A stretch of DNA of 64,000 nt. It comes from an uncultured Candidatus Binatia bacterium (lineage in GTDB: Bacteria > Desulfobacterota > Binatia > UBA9968 > JAJDTQ01). The stretch spans positions 3,808,001 through 3,872,000 of the forward strand of contig OZ244070.1 of assembly GCA_965215605.1 (NCBI GenBank), read 5' to 3'. Position 1 is the first letter of the stretch. The number at the start of each line of letters is the position of its first letter. This document shows positions 61,008 through 64,000 of the stretch, piece by piece. A program made the translations under genes and the position numbers. The notes below the pieces were generated by a model. It saw only the letters and a program-made list of their open reading frames with translations. It made no database searches and was not told the DNA's origin.

Positions 61008-63088
61008 CTAGTCTCCGGCCGCCTCGGCCTTGGCCTCGGCCTGCACCTTCTCCATCAGGTGCGCCGGCATCTCTTCGTAGTGCGAGAACTCGGACTGGAA
61101 CTCACCCCGGCCGCTGGTCATGGAACGGAGGTCGGAGGCGTACTGAAGCACCTCCGCCATGGGCACCTGGGCCTTGATGGTCTGGCCGTTGCCCTTGGCG
61201 TCCACGCCCAGGACTTTGCCCCGCCGGCTGTTCAGATCGCCGATGACATCTCCCATGCAATCGTCGGGCACCGACACCTCCAGGGACATCACCGGTTCCA
61301 GGATCACCGGCTTGGCGCCCTCCATGGCGTTCTTGAAGCCCATGGATGCGGCGATCTTGAACGCCATGTCCGACGAGTCCACGGTATGGAAGGAACCGTC
61401 ATACAGCGTGGCGCGCACGTCCATGATCGGATAGCCGGCCAGGTAACCGTTGGACATGGTTTCGACGATGCCCTTTTCCACCGCGGGGATGTAGTTCCGC
61501 GGGATGGCGCCGCCAACGATCTTGTCCACGAACTCGAAGCCCTTGCCCCGCGGCAGGGGCTCGAGCTTGAGCCAGGTGTCGCCGAACTGGCCCCGGCCTC
61601 CGGACTGTTTCTTGTACTTCCCCTGGGCGCTGGCGGCCGCCCGGATGGTTTCCCGATAGGGCACCTTGGGCGCCTTGAGCTCCACCTCCGCGCCGTATTT
61701 CCGCTTGAGCTTGTCCACCACCACCTCGATGTGGAGCTGACCTGTACCCGACAGGATGAACTCCCGGGTCTGCTCGTCCCGGTGCATCCGGATCGAAGGG
61801 TCCTCCTCCATCATCCGCTGGAGCCCCTGGGGCACCTTGTCCTCGTCCGCACGGGTCTTGGGGGACAGCGCGAAGGAGATGGACGGGTTGAACTCCATGG
61901 GCCTGGGATACTCGATGGGGGCCGACTCGCTGCAAAGCGTATCTCCGGACCTGACGTCCTTCAGCTTGGCGGCGGCGACGATCTCGCCCACCCCCGCCTC
62001 CGACACCTCCTCGTGCTTGCCGCCCTCCGGCCGGAACAGGTGGGTGATCTTCTCCTTGGCCTCCTTGCCGGTGTTGTAGACCGTGCTGTCGGCCTTCACG
62101 GTGCCCGACAGCACCCTCATGATGGAAAGCCGGCCGGCGAAGGGATCCACGATGGTCTTGAACACGAAGGCTGAAAGCGGCTCGTCCGGGCTCTTGGAGC
62201 GGGTCTCGGGCTCCCCGGTCACCGGTTCTTTCCCTGAGCCGCCGGCTCCTCCAGCGGCGAGGGCAGCCATTCCACCACGGCGTCGAGCAAGGCCGGAACG
62301 CCGGCGGCGCGGGTGGCCGCACCGTAAAGGACGGGAAAGAGCGTGCCCGCGCGGACCCCGTCGCGCAGGCCTTCCGAGAGCTCCTCCGAGGTCAGCTCCT
62401 GGCCATCGAGGTACTTCTCCAGCAGGGCGTCCTGGGTTTCGGCCACGTTCTCCATGAGATTGACTCTCATTTTCTCCGCCCGTTCCTGAAGCTCCGCCGG
62501 TATGGCCTCCTCGGTCTCCTTGCCGTCCGCGTCCGCGCACACCGCCTTCATGCGGATCAGGTCGACGACCCCGCGGAAACCCTCGCCGTGGCCGATGGGA
62601 AGCTGCGCGTGGATCCCCTTGACGTCCAGGGCCGCCGCGATGGTGTCCACCGCTTCCACCGGGTCCGCCTCCTCCCGATCCATGCGGTTGACGAAGAACA
62701 TGCGGGGCAACCCGCGCTCCGCCGCGTAGCCCCAGAGCCGCTCCGTCTCCACCCTCAGGCCGGCGCCGGCGTGCAGTACGAAGACGGCGCCGCCGAAACT
62801 CGCCAGCGAATGGACCGTCTCCGGCAGAAACGTGGCGAAGCCCGGCGTGTCCACCAGAACGCAGGCCGTCTTGTTCCATTCCAGGGGATGAAAGGCCGCG
62901 GAGATGGAGACCTGGCGGTTGATTTCCTCGGGCTCGTGGTCGAACGCCGAAGTCCCGTCCTCTACCCGGCCCAGCCGGTTCGTCCGGCCCGCCGCGAACA
63001 GCATCGCCTCGCCCAGGGAGGTCTTTCCCGCGCCCCGGTGTCCAAGCAATCCGACGTTCCTCAAACGGGCAGCTTCAATTGCAGCCAT
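61008..63088 (-). CDS. fusA: Elongation factor G paralog (EF-G2-like), split by a -1 frameshift at ~62228-62234
   Basis: The G domain (GHRGAGKT, DTPGF, NRMD) is in ORF 62219..63088 and domains II-V (GQLH, KKQSGGRGQFG, DGSFHTVDSS, LEPV) are in the -1 frame. Joined length is about 693 aa. Confidence 0.9.
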
Positions 63089-63159
63089 GAATCAACCTCC
63101 CTTGATCGGCTCGCGCCGCGCGCTCCGGGCGGATTCGGAAAATCCGGCACGGCAAGCTG

Positions 63160-63951
63160 CTACGACCTGCGCTTGCGCGCCAGCGAAGCCGCGTTCCTCT
63201 CGTAAATAAGCCGTAACCCTTCCAACGTCAAGAATTCGTCCACGTCCTCGATGACCGTCGATTCGTGGGCGATGAGGGAGGCCACGCCCCCCGTGGCGAC
63301 GACGCGCGCCTTGATCCTGTTCTCCCGCTCGATGCGATGAACGATGCCGTCCACCAGGCCGACATAACCGTAGTAGATCCCGGACTGGATCGAGTGCACC
63401 GTGGATTTGCCGATGACGCTGGCCGGACACAGCACCTCCACCCGGGGGAGCTTCGAGGCGCGCTGGAACAGCGCTTCCACGGCGATCATCAAACCCGGCG
63501 CGATCAGGCCTCCCAGGTATTCCCCTTTCTCGGATACGCAGTCGAAGGTGGTGGCGGTGCCGAAGTCGATGACCACGCAGGCAGCGCCAAAGCGGTCGTA
63601 GGCGGCCACCCCGTTGGCGATGCGGTCGGCGCCCACGTCCTGGGGGCTGTCGTAGAGGATCGGCATGCCGGTCTTGAGACCCGGCCCTACCAGCAGCGGC
63701 TTCACGCCGAAGAACCGGCGACCCAGCTCATCGACCATGCCCACCATGGGAGGCACCACGCAGGACACGATGATGGCGTCGACCGCATCGCTGCCGATGT
63801 TCCCGGCGGCGGCGAGATGGCCGATGAGCGCGCCGTACTCGTCCACGGTCCGTTCCGGTTGCGTCACCAGCCGCCAATGGGTGACCAACTCGCAGCCCCG
63901 GTACACGCCCAGGACCATGTTGCTGTTTCCGATATCGATGGCCAGCAGCAT
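63160..63951 (-). CDS. coaX: Type III pantothenate kinase
   Basis: AIDIGNSN, SCVVP, VGADR, DFGTATT, GGLIAPG, ATGG, LTLEGL. Confidence 0.95.
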   Translation of the reverse strand: MLLAIDIGNSNMVLGVYRGCELVTHWRLVTQPERTVDEYGALIGHLAAAGNIGSDAVDAIIVSCVVPPMVGMVDELGRRFFGVKPLLVGPGLKTGMPILYDSPQDVGADRIANGVAAYDRFGAACVVIDFGTATTFDCVSEKGEYLGGLIAPGLMIAVEALFQRASKLPRVEVLCPASVIGKSTVHSIQSGIYYGYVGLVDGIVHRIERENRIKARVVATGGVASLIAHESTVIEDVDEFLTLEGLRLIYERNAASLARKRRS

Positions 63952-64000
63952 CTAAGTTTCCTGTCCCACGAATCGCGCCATGCCACTCCTCGTAATCGCG

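Noticed and set aside
62219-62221. TGA in the EF-G gene as selenocysteine
   Set aside because: Homology continues in a different frame and the position is not a conserved Cys.
63952-64000. 3' end of a gene upstream of coaX
   Set aside because: Too short to identify.

Overview
High-GC bacterial chromosome window. Gene content suggests a deltaproteobacteria-like lineage such as Binatia; this is inference only. The left ~22.7 kb is accessory catabolic DNA: two ABC importers, UbiD, an LLM oxidoreductase, an orphan Mo-hydroxylase large subunit, an amidohydrolase/diiron-oxidase/cyclase/aldolase cluster and a sulfide-oxidation pair. The right side is mostly housekeeping: miaB, hom, recG, carAB, lepAB, ugd, mtnP, rlmN, ndk, sucCD, mdh, icd, a complete ccmA-H operon, an EF-G paralog and coaX. 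Three signals stand out. (1) The SQR-like flavoprotein has an in-frame TGA (21514-21516) at its second catalytic Cys, followed by a SECIS-like hairpin and 53 more codons of typical SQR C-terminus. It is a probable selenocysteine SQR, paired with a persulfide dioxygenase-rhodanese fusion. (2) A dif site (22894-22921) lies between converging gene blocks, fused to a perfect 27-bp inverted repeat that duplicates its XerD arm, like the scar of a folded-ssDNA Xer-exploiting element. (3) The EF-G paralog is split at a G_GGA_AAG slippery site with an upstream SD-like motif, which is either a programmed -1 frameshift or a 1-nt error. No rRNA, tRNA, CRISPR array or transposase was recognised. All calls come from motif reading by eye; no database searches were run.
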